A stretch of DNA of 51,397 nucleotides from a virus (lineage: Duplodnaviria; Caudoviricetes), in the IMG/VR virus record IMGVR_UViG_3300048588_000723, positions 1 through 51,397 of that record; one strand, 5' to 3'. The notes under the pieces were generated by a model, which saw only the letters and a program-made list of their open reading frames with translations, had not been told where the DNA came from and ran no database searches. Of the stretch, positions 28,898 through 38,089 are shown in pieces. Position 1 is the stretch's first letter; every line of letters starts with the position of its first letter. A program made the translations under genes and the position numbers.

Positions 28898-29559
28898 CAA
28901 AAGAACGGATCCTATATATAATAGTTATCGTATTAACAATTACCTCATGTTTGCAACAATGCCACTATCAAAAAATGCAAGATGATTTGGTGAAAAATTT
29001 AGCTACATATACAGGAGAAGTTACTTTGTTGAAACTAAATAATGGAGCTTTAGTTTCCTCAAACAAAACTCTAAGCCTTAACTCAGAGAAGCAACTTAAG
29101 GCAATGGCATCCAGTATAAATGATACGGTTAAACAAATGCTGAAGAACTTTAAGAAGGTAAGCCAGTTTACATACATCACTAATAATTTTGTGGCCAGTG
29201 CCGATAGTTCCAAATTTGCAAAAGAGATTCCTTGCGATTTTAAACCTTTCCAAGCTTCTTATTCCGACAGCAGCTATTCATTGCATCAAACGATATCCAG
29301 GACCGGCTTTGTAGTTGACAGTCTAAAAGTGCCTAATAAAATGGCTTTGGTGTTTGGTCAGAAAAAATCAGGATTCCTAAAACGTGACAATTATGTCGAC
29401 ATCAATAATTCAAATCCTCTAATGACAGCTTCGAATATTAGAAACTATTCTTTCACTCCAGAAAAGAAATGGTGGGAAAGGACCTGGGTTCATGTATTAG
29501 GTGGAGCAATATTGTATAAGGCAGCTGAGCGAGGGGTAAACGCTGTATTACCCAAATAA
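28894..29559 (+). CDS. Membrane-anchored lysis-cluster protein (spanin-like)
   Basis: N-terminal TM, coiled coil and C-terminal KKWW plus hydrophobic tail. Confidence 0.5.
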   Translation: MTKERILYIIVIVLTITSCLQQCHYQKMQDDLVKNLATYTGEVTLLKLNNGALVSSNKTLSLNSEKQLKAMASSINDTVKQMLKNFKKVSQFTYITNNFVASADSSKFAKEIPCDFKPFQASYSDSSYSLHQTISRTGFVVDSLKVPNKMALVFGQKKSGFLKRDNYVDINNSNPLMTASNIRNYSFTPEKKWWERTWVHVLGGAILYKAAERGVNAVLPK

Positions 29560-30678
29560 TGTATCCATAGCACTATCTGTTTCCTCTTCATAAAACGATT
29601 TCATATACTGTTCAGTTGTACTTACTTTTGTATGGCCAAACAAATCCTTTAATGTATGTACATCAATTCCTTTCTTTTTCGCATAATCTGCAAAACTGTT
29701 CCGGGAAGTATGGAATGTTATTTTTTTGATACCAATCAAATCACACCCGTCTTTTAACTTTGTATTGTAAAATGAGTTGCGAGCATTAATGCTTTGATCC
29801 TCGTTTTTCCAATCCACTTTTGTATCAAACAGGTACTCCTTGGAATTTTTATATTTATCAATGACTGCTATCGCCTGTGGCATCAACTTAATATTCCTTT
29901 CAATTTTTGTTTTGTGCATTTTATATCTCAGGCGGCCGCCTTGTATCATTTCCATTTTGATCCTGCATAAATCACCAAAGCGGATGCCGGCACAATAAAA
30001 ACTGAAAATATACATATCCCGGGCCAACTGTATTGACGGATGTTTTACGAAGGATTCAGCTTCTAGTTTTTCGATATCACCAATTTCGATTCTTTCCTTC
30101 TTCGTTCTCTGAGTCGTCATTTTGAATGAAAGGAATGGATTTTTATGGTATTCCATTGCTCCTGATCGGATGATGCTATTTACAATAATTTTAATTCTCA
30201 TTAAATTATCGGCCACAGTATTCATATCATTACCTAACCCCAACATGTGTTTCTCAAAATCAAGCAGAAATTTGTAATCTAAACGCTTTATTGATAATTC
30301 AGGAGCAAATACCTTCAACTTATTATAAACTGCATTTAACTTCTTCCAATTGTATAATGAGTGCTTTTGTTTCGAATAGTTTAATCGCTCTTCAAACCAC
30401 CAATAAAAATCTTCTTTATTTCCGAGCTCCACTCCTCCTCCCTGCAGGTTGTTTTTTTCAATCGAATTACAAAGTTCCAGGATTTTTAAATTAACAGCTG
30501 CTCCATTTGGTCGCTTATCAATTTTCACTCTTCCTGATTTAGCGTCCCACTCTTCCTTTTTAATTTTTACACCAACTGGTACCAGCCTTCTTTTTTTACC
30601 TATATTTACTCTGATGTAAATGGGATAAGTTCCATCTTTCGATTTGTAATCATTCCCTAGAATAGGTTTAATTTTCAT
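29548..30678 (-). CDS. int: Tyrosine integrase
   Basis: N-terminal arm-binding domain (DGTYPIYIRV); catalytic GIRFGD, HKT, FHTSRNS, LFGH and TEQY motifs. Confidence 0.95.
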   Translation of the reverse strand: MKIKPILGNDYKSKDGTYPIYIRVNIGKKRRLVPVGVKIKKEEWDAKSGRVKIDKRPNGAAVNLKILELCNSIEKNNLQGGGVELGNKEDFYWWFEERLNYSKQKHSLYNWKKLNAVYNKLKVFAPELSIKRLDYKFLLDFEKHMLGLGNDMNTVADNLMRIKIIVNSIIRSGAMEYHKNPFLSFKMTTQRTKKERIEIGDIEKLEAESFVKHPSIQLARDMYIFSFYCAGIRFGDLCRIKMEMIQGGRLRYKMHKTKIERNIKLMPQAIAVIDKYKNSKEYLFDTKVDWKNEDQSINARNSFYNTKLKDGCDLIGIKKITFHTSRNSFADYAKKKGIDVHTLKDLFGHTKVSTTEQYMKSFYEEETDSAMDTLFG

Positions 30679-30908
30679 TGTGACGATTTTGTGACGATTG
30701 TATTACTTAAAAGTACTAAAAAATACTTTATTATACGTACAATAAAAGCACTCAAATCCCATTTATATAACGGAATCCTTTATTAATATGGTGTTTCGGT
30801 AAAAACGCAAATTATCCCGATCCCGGGTACAGTTGAATGTGTAGAAAGCCTCATTAATATGAGGCTTTCGCATTAAACAGAAAACATTGTGACGATTTTG
30901 TGATGAAA
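30676..30908. other. attP: arm-type repeats flanking a tRNA-3'-like core
   Basis: TTGTGACGATT at 30678, 30689 and 30887 (degenerate copy at 30898); core candidate TCCCGATCCCGGGTACA at 30815-30831. Confidence 0.7.
30844..30869 (+). terminator. Hairpin downstream of the att core
   Basis: GAAAGCCTCAT-TAAT-ATGAGGCTTTC. Confidence 0.7.
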
Positions 30909-31214
30909 AAAGAAAACGAAAATATCAGAATCAGGCAGGTTCAAGAGTGGTTATTGCAAGGGCATCTTGTTACTGACATTTGCCGGAACATTATAAAATT
31001 GTGGAGCATTGACCAGCCTGCAGCACTCGAATATATCGCCAGTGCATTTGATGATTTTACAAAGCAAACCAAGCAAGGGTATCAAGAAACAAAAGCCTAT
31101 CACGTTCAGTTAAGGCTTTCGTTGTACAAACAAGCTATGGAGGCAAAGGAATTCAAAACAGCTCTTCAGGTTCTAACTGACCTTGCAAAAATTGACGGTG
31201 TTTATCCCGAATAA
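30903..31214 (+). CDS. Hypothetical helical protein
   Basis: ORF track; divergent from int. Confidence 0.6.
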   Translation: MKKENENIRIRQVQEWLLQGHLVTDICRNIIKLWSIDQPAALEYIASAFDDFTKQTKQGYQETKAYHVQLRLSLYKQAMEAKEFKTALQVLTDLAKIDGVYPE

Positions 31215-31567
31215 ATTAATTCTTTTCCTGTTAATGCAAAAACTAGGTTTTGAAAACTATGTATATACTCTAATTCAATAATATAACTTCCATTGTAAAA
31301 GCAGCGCCATTTTTTATCTAGATATTCAAGCCTAAAGCCATTTTTTTCAAAATAAACTTTTACAAGGTTGTTTTTCACTCCAAACTTTAATAGCAACTCT
31401 GAATTTATTTTAATAGGTTTATGAGGAAGCGATGTTTGTGGACCATCTAGTGCCGGAGCCTCTATTGTGTGTCCTTCTTGTTTATCAAATACAATCGCTT
31501 GTACTCTGCACAATCTTCCTTCTCTATCATGAAGATAATTGCCTATCCTAAATTGTTCTGCTTTCAT
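31202..31567 (-). CDS. Hypothetical protein, paralogue of 36569-36970 (YopX-like)
   Basis: FRIGNYL...PIKINSELLLKFG...YIHSFQNLVFALTGKEL. Confidence 0.65.
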   Translation of the reverse strand: MKAEQFRIGNYLHDREGRLCRVQAIVFDKQEGHTIEAPALDGPQTSLPHKPIKINSELLLKFGVKNNLVKVYFEKNGFRLEYLDKKWRCFYNGSYIIELEYIHSFQNLVFALTGKELIYSG

Positions 31568-31573
31568 GTGTTA

Positions 31574-32935
31574 TTATTTAAAGTTTTCAATTGTTAAATC
31601 TCCATTCAAATGCGAGAAATGGAGAGGAATGTTGTTTTTCTCGCAATGCCTTATGTAACGCTTAATATCTGATTGCACATAGCCCGGCATAATTTCAGTA
31701 CCAAAACAAATTCTTCCTGCAATCTCAGAAGCAATAATTGTGGTACCACTTCCCATAAACCAATCAATCACTAAATCATTTTCATTGGTTGTATCCATAA
31801 TAGCATCTACTACCATTTGAACTGGTTTTGGTGTAGGATGATTTAACAATTCTTTTCTGTCCGGGTTATTAAAAGCTGTTGAAGTAGGATAGTCCCAAAC
31901 ATTATAACGAATGCGGTCCATTAACTCCAAATGTGATAGATGCTTTGCTGTACCGTTTTTATAAATAAAAACCAACTCGTGCTTGGCCCGGTAAAAAGAA
32001 CCATTCGCTCCATTGCTTTTATTCCACACCACAAGCTGCTTTGGAATCATAGAGCCATAAACCCTGTTTGATGCCTCGCACATGTGCCACATGTGACGGA
32101 AATCCATACAGATGTAATGTATTGAACCATCAACTGAATTTTCGCACGATACCTCCATAATTGATTTTAGAAACAACATAAACTCCTCCTCTGTCATTTC
32201 TCCTCCACCCATAGCAAAATCTTCGTGTCGCTTCTCTCCTTTGTTCGAAAAGCGGTCTGCTTTTAAATTGTAAGGAGGGTCAGTAAATATAATCCTTGCC
32301 TGTTCACCATTCATTAATTGCTTAACAATATCTTTATCCAAGCAGCTGCCACAAATTAAACGGTGCTTACCTAATTGAAACAAATCTCCAGGCTTTACAA
32401 TAATATTCTCATCCACTCCCGGAAGCTCTTCATCTTCTTCAGTAACTTCAATTCCCATAGGATTAAATTTCTGTTCGAATCTCGGAATGCTTAACTCAGG
32501 TAAATCCATTTCCATTTTCAATTCATCAAATACCAATTCATTTAACTTTACGAAATCGAATAACCCTTCCTGAGTGATTTTAGCATACATGGAGGAATAA
32601 ATCAATACCAATCTGGCTGCCTCCTTTTTATTATCACAATGAATAAATGTTGCCGGAAGTTGGTATGGAACTTCCACTCCTTCTTTTACCAATTCTTCTA
32701 ATATTACTCTTCGGTGATAACCATCCAGACACCATCTAGCGCCTTCAAAATCTTCATACACATAAAATGGTTGTGTGAAATTATTGGCAACAATAGAAGC
32801 TTTCAACTTATGTTTTGCTTCTGGAGATAGTTCTTTAAAATTATTTGCCTGAATAGAACCTAGTTCTCTCCAGTTAATTAATTCAGTTTTGAGTACTCGA
32901 GATTTGATGTTGTTGTTTTCGTTTAGTGTTTCCAT
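31574..32935 (-). CDS. ParB-like domain fused to N6A/N4C DNA methyltransferase
   Basis: LDGYHRR ParB-like motif; DPPY, HPTPKP and DWFMGSGTT. Confidence 0.9.
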   Translation of the reverse strand: METLNENNNIKSRVLKTELINWRELGSIQANNFKELSPEAKHKLKASIVANNFTQPFYVYEDFEGARWCLDGYHRRVILEELVKEGVEVPYQLPATFIHCDNKKEAARLVLIYSSMYAKITQEGLFDFVKLNELVFDELKMEMDLPELSIPRFEQKFNPMGIEVTEEDEELPGVDENIIVKPGDLFQLGKHRLICGSCLDKDIVKQLMNGEQARIIFTDPPYNLKADRFSNKGEKRHEDFAMGGGEMTEEEFMLFLKSIMEVSCENSVDGSIHYICMDFRHMWHMCEASNRVYGSMIPKQLVVWNKSNGANGSFYRAKHELVFIYKNGTAKHLSHLELMDRIRYNVWDYPTSTAFNNPDRKELLNHPTPKPVQMVVDAIMDTTNENDLVIDWFMGSGTTIIASEIAGRICFGTEIMPGYVQSDIKRYIRHCEKNNIPLHFSHLNGDLTIENFK

Positions 32936-33024
32936 TAATTATAGGTTTTAAATAATTTTTACAGTTTGTTTGCAAACAAAACCATTCAGGATATGCTCCT
33001 GCAACTAAATTACGTTTGCAATAA

Positions 33025-33756
33025 TTACATTTCATACTTTGATTTGTTAGGGAATAATTCGTTAAGCAATACTTTTACACTACTCTCTTTCTCTCCAGGA
33101 TAAGGATGTAAGCATTTGTCACCTATTGAGAATACGTTGCGGTCCTTTATTTTTTGTAACAATCTCCAATATGCTATACGTCCGGAAATTTTACAATCCT
33201 CTTGCATCTCAACTCCTTTTATTCCATTTGAATTACAGTACAAGGACTTGATTACATATTCTAAACTCCAATCATAAGAATCCATTGTTTCAATAAATTT
33301 CTTTTTGTTATACACTATAGGTGTATGTATATCAAAATTTAATGTTGTAAACTTGTTGTGTGATAACATGGCCAGTGTATTGTTTAGCGCATCCTTGTAA
33401 ACATCGTTTATCAACCTTTTTTTTATAGTTTTAGCCAACGAGCCTTTGTGATAAAACCGGAAAGCGACAGCATTAATATCTTTCAAAAAGAAATGGTCGT
33501 CATTTATGAACAGAAAATTTTCACTCGGCCGATTGTGCTCGCACAAGTGTTTTATTTTCTCCATGATATTTCTTTCGTGTCCGTACTTATCTTCAAATGG
33601 CAGATGAATAACATTTTGCAGCCAATGCGGACACTCTCCTACTATATAAACATCTCGATAGTTGGACACATGCTTTTCAACGCTTCTGAGCGAATATCTC
33701 AGCTCGTTGTTATCCCAAGTGCTGCCACTTCCTAATGCGTAAACTATGTCAATCAT
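33025..33756 (-). CDS. Stealth-family-like sugar-phosphotransferase
   Basis: IDIVY, ELRYSLRSV and FLFINDDHFF motifs. Confidence 0.8.
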   Translation of the reverse strand: MIDIVYALGSGSTWDNNELRYSLRSVEKHVSNYRDVYIVGECPHWLQNVIHLPFEDKYGHERNIMEKIKHLCEHNRPSENFLFINDDHFFLKDINAVAFRFYHKGSLAKTIKKRLINDVYKDALNNTLAMLSHNKFTTLNFDIHTPIVYNKKKFIETMDSYDWSLEYVIKSLYCNSNGIKGVEMQEDCKISGRIAYWRLLQKIKDRNVFSIGDKCLHPYPGEKESSVKVLLNELFPNKSKYEM

Positions 33757-33874
33757 ACTTTTTAAAATTTTCTGTTATAAATTGTGCTAATGAAAACAAA
33801 CCTATGCAGCAGATTATCAATAGTATAATTTGCCACCAAACTAGACTTAATAGCCATTGAACTATATCAATCAT
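33749..33874 (-). CDS. Small membrane peptide (41 aa)
   Basis: MIDIVQWLLSLVWWQIILLIICCIGLFSLAQF... fills the gap and overlaps the next start. Confidence 0.45.
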   Translation of the reverse strand: MIDIVQWLLSLVWWQIILLIICCIGLFSLAQFITENFKKYD

Positions 33875-33875
33875 C

Positions 33876-34247
33876 TTACTCAGGATTTAATTCTTTAAAC
33901 TCTTCTTCTGTAACTCCTGACCATTTAGCATGACTGAATACATGGAAATCTTTTTGCAGGTTTCTACTGGTCAAATATTCATCAATATGCTTAATTCCTA
34001 CAGATCGTATTTCAGAAAGAATTCCTTCATTACAATTTGTACAAAACGTTTCGTCAGCGCTTGTTACTATATTTTCAGGAGCAAAGTATCCATCACATGA
34101 CGTACACTTTTCTAGTTCATCAGTATTTTTTAATAAAACATGAGCTATATTGTTGACTACTGTTTCGTAAACTGCATCATTAATAAAATCGCTTTTCGTT
34201 AATTGAGCATCTGTTAATATTTTTTCGGCTTCTTTTTTATGATTCAT
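33876..34247 (-). CDS. Hypothetical protein with CxxC...CxxC
   Basis: CTSC and CTNC. Confidence 0.6.
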   Translation of the reverse strand: MNHKKEAEKILTDAQLTKSDFINDAVYETVVNNIAHVLLKNTDELEKCTSCDGYFAPENIVTSADETFCTNCNEGILSEIRSVGIKHIDEYLTSRNLQKDFHVFSHAKWSGVTEEEFKELNPE

Positions 34248-34251
34248 GGTT

Positions 34252-35583
34252 TTACTTTTTTTTAAATGAATTAAGTGGATGTTTTCTACTCATGTATGCA
34301 ATGATTTCATTGTGCTTTGCCATTGCATCTCTTAGCATGGACACAGAATGTTTTCTGTAATAGAAAAGGAATTCGTCAGTCAAGCAAGTGAAGTTAAATC
34401 CACATTTTGCAGCACGTATCCAAAACTCCCAATCTTCATATCCTAGCTTCATGTTCTCATCATAACCTCCGGCCATTGTCCACACGTCTTTCTTAAACAG
34501 CGAGCAGCAGTTCAATGGATTCTTATGAAGGAAATTTTCTAAGGTTGGATTTGTAAATGGCTTCACCCAGCGTTTGGATTGGTCACCAAATGTTACCAAT
34601 CCGGTTGCAACAATATCATTCTTGCCAATGGTACGTTCAATAAATTGCGGGTGTATTTTATCATCTGCATCAAGTGGTAGTATCCAACCTCCGGCCGCTT
34701 TTTTTATTCCGGCATTACGTGCTGAAGACAAGCCACCATTTTCTTTTTCAATCAGTTTTACTTTGCCATTGTTTGATATCGCTTTTCTATTTCTTGCTAA
34801 AGGAATACCATCCATGTATTGCTTAACAACCTCAGATGTATTATCTGGGGAGCCGTCATTAACAACTATGATTTCAATATCTTGATACGTTTGATTTAAT
34901 ACAGATTCAATTGCATCTGGTAGAAAGTGAGCTTGTTTGTAACAAGGAATTACTACAGTTACTTTGTTATTCCAACTGTTCCCCCAGTGATGAACTGATA
35001 GCGTGTTTTCTGTCACACATTCAGGAGTGTAAAATTCATCGTAGTGATAAGGGTAGAAATATTCCGGACGAAGTATCGCTACATCTTTATAAATTTTATC
35101 GAACTCGCCTACCTTCCATCCACGCTTCTTCATGATGTTGGTAAACATAATAGGCCCGGTTGCAAGTTCAATTTTTTCTGAATCAAACGGAAAAGCATCC
35201 ATGTAATCCAAACATTCCTTTAAATAAGGATGTCCTTTTTCTGCAACAATCACAGCATTGTTTATCCATGTTTTACTTTCTGCGCCCAATACAAGTTTGT
35301 TGTGCAACAAACAATCAAATGATTTCACAGCTTCCACATCAATATCAAAATAGATACCTCCATTTTCGTACAATTCCTGCACTCGAGCATAGTGGCCAGC
35401 TAGTGCATAGTTTTTGATTGCAATAGCTTTATCTACAAAGGTGCCATGTTTGACATTCTCCATTGAGATAATGTGTACTTCATAATCGGGCATCACTCGT
35501 TTCCATGACTCGATATACTTTTCAAATTTTTGTGGTACCGGCTTATCGCTGATCCATGTGCTGTAGATTTTTTTTGGTATCAT
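34252..35583 (-). CDS. Fused GT32 (DxD) plus GT2 glycosyltransferase
   Basis: MIPKKIYSTW and GGIYFDIDVE (GT32-like); VVIPCY, DGSPD, LDADD and EDWEFW (GT2). Confidence 0.9.
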   Translation of the reverse strand: MIPKKIYSTWISDKPVPQKFEKYIESWKRVMPDYEVHIISMENVKHGTFVDKAIAIKNYALAGHYARVQELYENGGIYFDIDVEAVKSFDCLLHNKLVLGAESKTWINNAVIVAEKGHPYLKECLDYMDAFPFDSEKIELATGPIMFTNIMKKRGWKVGEFDKIYKDVAILRPEYFYPYHYDEFYTPECVTENTLSVHHWGNSWNNKVTVVIPCYKQAHFLPDAIESVLNQTYQDIEIIVVNDGSPDNTSEVVKQYMDGIPLARNRKAISNNGKVKLIEKENGGLSSARNAGIKKAAGGWILPLDADDKIHPQFIERTIGKNDIVATGLVTFGDQSKRWVKPFTNPTLENFLHKNPLNCCSLFKKDVWTMAGGYDENMKLGYEDWEFWIRAAKCGFNFTCLTDEFLFYYRKHSVSMLRDAMAKHNEIIAYMSRKHPLNSFKKK

Positions 35584-35594
35584 AATTATTTTTT

Positions 35595-35777
35595 TTAGTC
35601 GATGTATCCTATTACTTTTAATGAGTTAGGCTCGTAAAGCGTAGCATTGTTGCTATATTCGTTTGGCTTCGTTACTAAATACACAGGAACTTTTTTATTT
35701 ACAAAAGCTTTGTTGTGAAACGTTCTTCCGGTTTTGCCATCCTTCGTTTCTACTATATATCCTGAATCCTTTTTCAT
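35595..35777 (-). CDS. Hypothetical protein
   Basis: ORF track; operon spacing. Confidence 0.55.
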   Translation of the reverse strand: MKKDSGYIVETKDGKTGRTFHNKAFVNKKVPVYLVTKPNEYSNNATLYEPNSLKVIGYID

Positions 35778-36286
35778 TAACCTTTAACAAACCACCATGA
35801 TTGATATTCTTTTCCTTCCCAAAAATCCTCTGTTGTAAAATTCATTTTTACTTCAGGATGAAGCTGCATGTATTCATCGATGAATTGCTTTACACCAAAA
35901 CCATTGTCACCGTAATCGTGTCCTGAAACTATTCCTCCGCTTCTTACTTTCGGAAACCATGCTTCAAAATCTGCTTTTACTTCTTCGTATGAATGTCCTG
36001 CATCTATGTAAACCCAATCAAGTCCTCCATTAGCATAATAGTCGGCTGCTGCATTAGAAGTGCCTTTAAATTTCTCAAAATGTGGCAATTCAAGGATAAC
36101 ACTTGCTACCTCCTCAATTTCTCGATTTTCCCATGAATCGACACAAATAATTCTGCCGGTCCAATGTTTTGAAATTGTTTTAGAAAATAATCCATAACGG
36201 ACACCAATCTCTGCTCCAGTTCCCTGTTTAAAATGTTCTTGGAATAATTTTCCGAATGTTTCTCTTGATTTATGTATCATAATCAA
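35777..36286 (-). CDS. Class I SAM-dependent methyltransferase (Methyltransf_24-like)
   Basis: AEIGV, DWVYIDAGHSYE and GGIVSGHDY. Confidence 0.85.
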   Translation of the reverse strand: MIMIHKSRETFGKLFQEHFKQGTGAEIGVRYGLFSKTISKHWTGRIICVDSWENREIEEVASVILELPHFEKFKGTSNAAADYYANGGLDWVYIDAGHSYEEVKADFEAWFPKVRSGGIVSGHDYGDNGFGVKQFIDEYMQLHPEVKMNFTTEDFWEGKEYQSWWFVKG

Positions 36287-36585
36287 TAAATTGATGTTTC
36301 GTCTGATTGTCTTAATAGTTTAGCAAATTGATCCACAAACTTTTCATTGGATGATAATTCTGATTCTTTCATGGTATCCAATATCATGTGAACTTTCTCG
36401 TGGTAGAAAGTATCTTTTATTTTGTCATCGGAAAGTTTATCTAACCCATTTGATGTAGATAAAAATATTTTGCTTTGACTGTAATCAGATTCTCCGTAAC
36501 ACTTTTTGTCATTGCAGTATTTATTATTCCATACCACATTTATTTTGGTGGCAAACAAGGTGAACGCTTTAGGTATTTTTTTCAT
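36283..36585 (-). CDS. HExxH metallopeptidase-like small protein
   Basis: TFYHEKVHMIL...NEKFVD. Confidence 0.65.
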   Translation of the reverse strand: MKKIPKAFTLFATKINVVWNNKYCNDKKCYGESDYSQSKIFLSTSNGLDKLSDDKIKDTFYHEKVHMILDTMKESELSSNEKFVDQFAKLLRQSDETSIY

Positions 36586-36970
36586 TTTTGATGTAGATTA
36601 ATTCTTCATTTTTGATTTCATAATACAAGTTTTGCAAACGATGCACATACTTTACTTTTAGATGACTAGATTTTTCAGAATTCAAAACAAACATTGGAGA
36701 GGTTAGCTTGTCAAGTATTGGAATTTTTACTTGTATCAAATAGAAATTTTCTTTTTGATATTCCCAATAGTCGCCCATATCCGTTACTTCAAATCCGAGC
36801 TCCTTGAATATTTCTTTTGTTAATTCAATTGGCTCGTGCTTTGAATTGAAATCTTCTGGATCATCTTGTAGCCACTTTAAAGTTTTGATATTTGTTATAA
36901 TATCACATGTATTGCCTTCTTCAATGAAGTTTAATAAATTGCCAAATCTCAATTCTGCTTTTTTAATCAT
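36569..36970 (-). CDS. Hypothetical protein, paralogue of 31202-31567
   Basis: LRFGNLL...PIELTKEIFKELGF...YVHRLQNLYYEIKNEEL. Confidence 0.65.
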   Translation of the reverse strand: MIKKAELRFGNLLNFIEEGNTCDIITNIKTLKWLQDDPEDFNSKHEPIELTKEIFKELGFEVTDMGDYWEYQKENFYLIQVKIPILDKLTSPMFVLNSEKSSHLKVKYVHRLQNLYYEIKNEELIYIKNEKNT

Positions 36971-36974
36971 AATT

Positions 36975-37283
36975 TTATTTTAAGTATTCTGGTTTAGATA
37001 ATGTTGCGTGTGGTACTGCCATCAATCGTTCTTTAGATATTAAATTTCCGGTTGCACGGCATATTCCGTATGTTTTGTTTTCAATTCTTTTTAGTGCATC
37101 GTTAAGCGATGATATAAATCGCTGTTGTCTTTCAAGTAACCTGTTGAATTCCTTTTTTGTTATCTGGTCAACAATTGGATGGTCTCGGTTTTCAAGATGA
37201 AAAAGCTCGTTTTTTGCTAATTCAATTTTCTGAAGCAGATTTGCTTTAAACTCTTCTAGTTCTATGTCTGAATATTGCACCAT
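36975..37283 (-). CDS. TraR/DksA-family protein (one-Cys type)
   Basis: ALKRIENKTYGICRATGNLISKERLMAVPHATLS. Confidence 0.85.
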   Translation of the reverse strand: MVQYSDIELEEFKANLLQKIELAKNELFHLENRDHPIVDQITKKEFNRLLERQQRFISSLNDALKRIENKTYGICRATGNLISKERLMAVPHATLSKPEYLK

Positions 37284-37284
37284 G

Positions 37285-37743
37285 CTATTTACTTTTTGAA
37301 TTAAAATATGTTAATACTTTTGCATAGCAAGGTCTGCAATCCATTCCCAATCTTCTGTTCGATTTATCATTGTTGTAAATTCCAAATGCCTTTATCCATA
37401 TTGGGTCAGATGAATTCCTTGTAAATAGGGAAATGGTTTGAGACATATGATATAATTCAAATTTTGAAATTTTATTTGCTTCAGCAACAAATCTATATTC
37501 TCCTCTAGGAGTCGAATAAATACAATATTCACTAGACCCAACAAATCCACCTTTTCTAAAAGCTGGCCGCTCATATTTTTTCTCCATGTATTGATTGAGA
37601 GCTCTTAAAATCAAACCATCAATAGCAATATTTACTTTCATAGCTAAACTCTTTTTTGCAATCAAGCTAAGCTGCTGCACGGCCTTATCTATTGCTACTG
37701 CATTTGCTTTGTAGTATTCTATTTGTTTGTTTATTCCTATCAT
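37285..37743 (-). CDS. Hypothetical protein
   Basis: ORF track; contains FRKGGFVG...GEY. Confidence 0.55.
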   Translation of the reverse strand: MIGINKQIEYYKANAVAIDKAVQQLSLIAKKSLAMKVNIAIDGLILRALNQYMEKKYERPAFRKGGFVGSSEYCIYSTPRGEYRFVAEANKISKFELYHMSQTISLFTRNSSDPIWIKAFGIYNNDKSNRRLGMDCRPCYAKVLTYFNSKSK

Positions 37744-38087
37744 TTTAATCTTGGTAAATTAAATATCAATTGGTTGTAATCGTTTCTAAATTGGGTGTTG
37801 CTGCTTTTTAATTCATGAAATTTTCTTATGCCACGAATGATAGACTCATGCTTCTTCCCAAAAATTTCGCCAATTTGCTCAAGTGTTAAATCGTGATGCT
37901 TCTTTAATAAGAAATAAGTCATATATTTTGTATCTCGTAAATGCACCGGCTTGTTTTTAGTCAGAAAATCTAAAAGTGGAATATTCTTAATCATGCTTAT
38001 TTTTTCGACTAGATGAAATGGCTCTATCTCATATCTGAGTAAAGCAGGAATGAGCATAGTGCTTATATTTTCTTGTTTAATTTTCAT
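37740..38087 (-). CDS. DnaA C-terminal (domain IV)-like HTH protein
   Basis: MTYFLLKKHHDLTLEQIGEIFGKKHESIIRGIRKF. Confidence 0.8.
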   Translation of the reverse strand: MKIKQENISTMLIPALLRYEIEPFHLVEKISMIKNIPLLDFLTKNKPVHLRDTKYMTYFLLKKHHDLTLEQIGEIFGKKHESIIRGIRKFHELKSSNTQFRNDYNQLIFNLPRLK

Positions 38088-38089
38088 AA

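Noticed and set aside
33025-36286. DNA hypermodification pathway as the role of the GT cluster
   Set aside because: No hydroxymethylase, TET/JBP dioxygenase, nucleotide kinase or phage DNA polymerase is visible to supply a modified-base acceptor; not excluded but less supported than protein or surface glycosylation.
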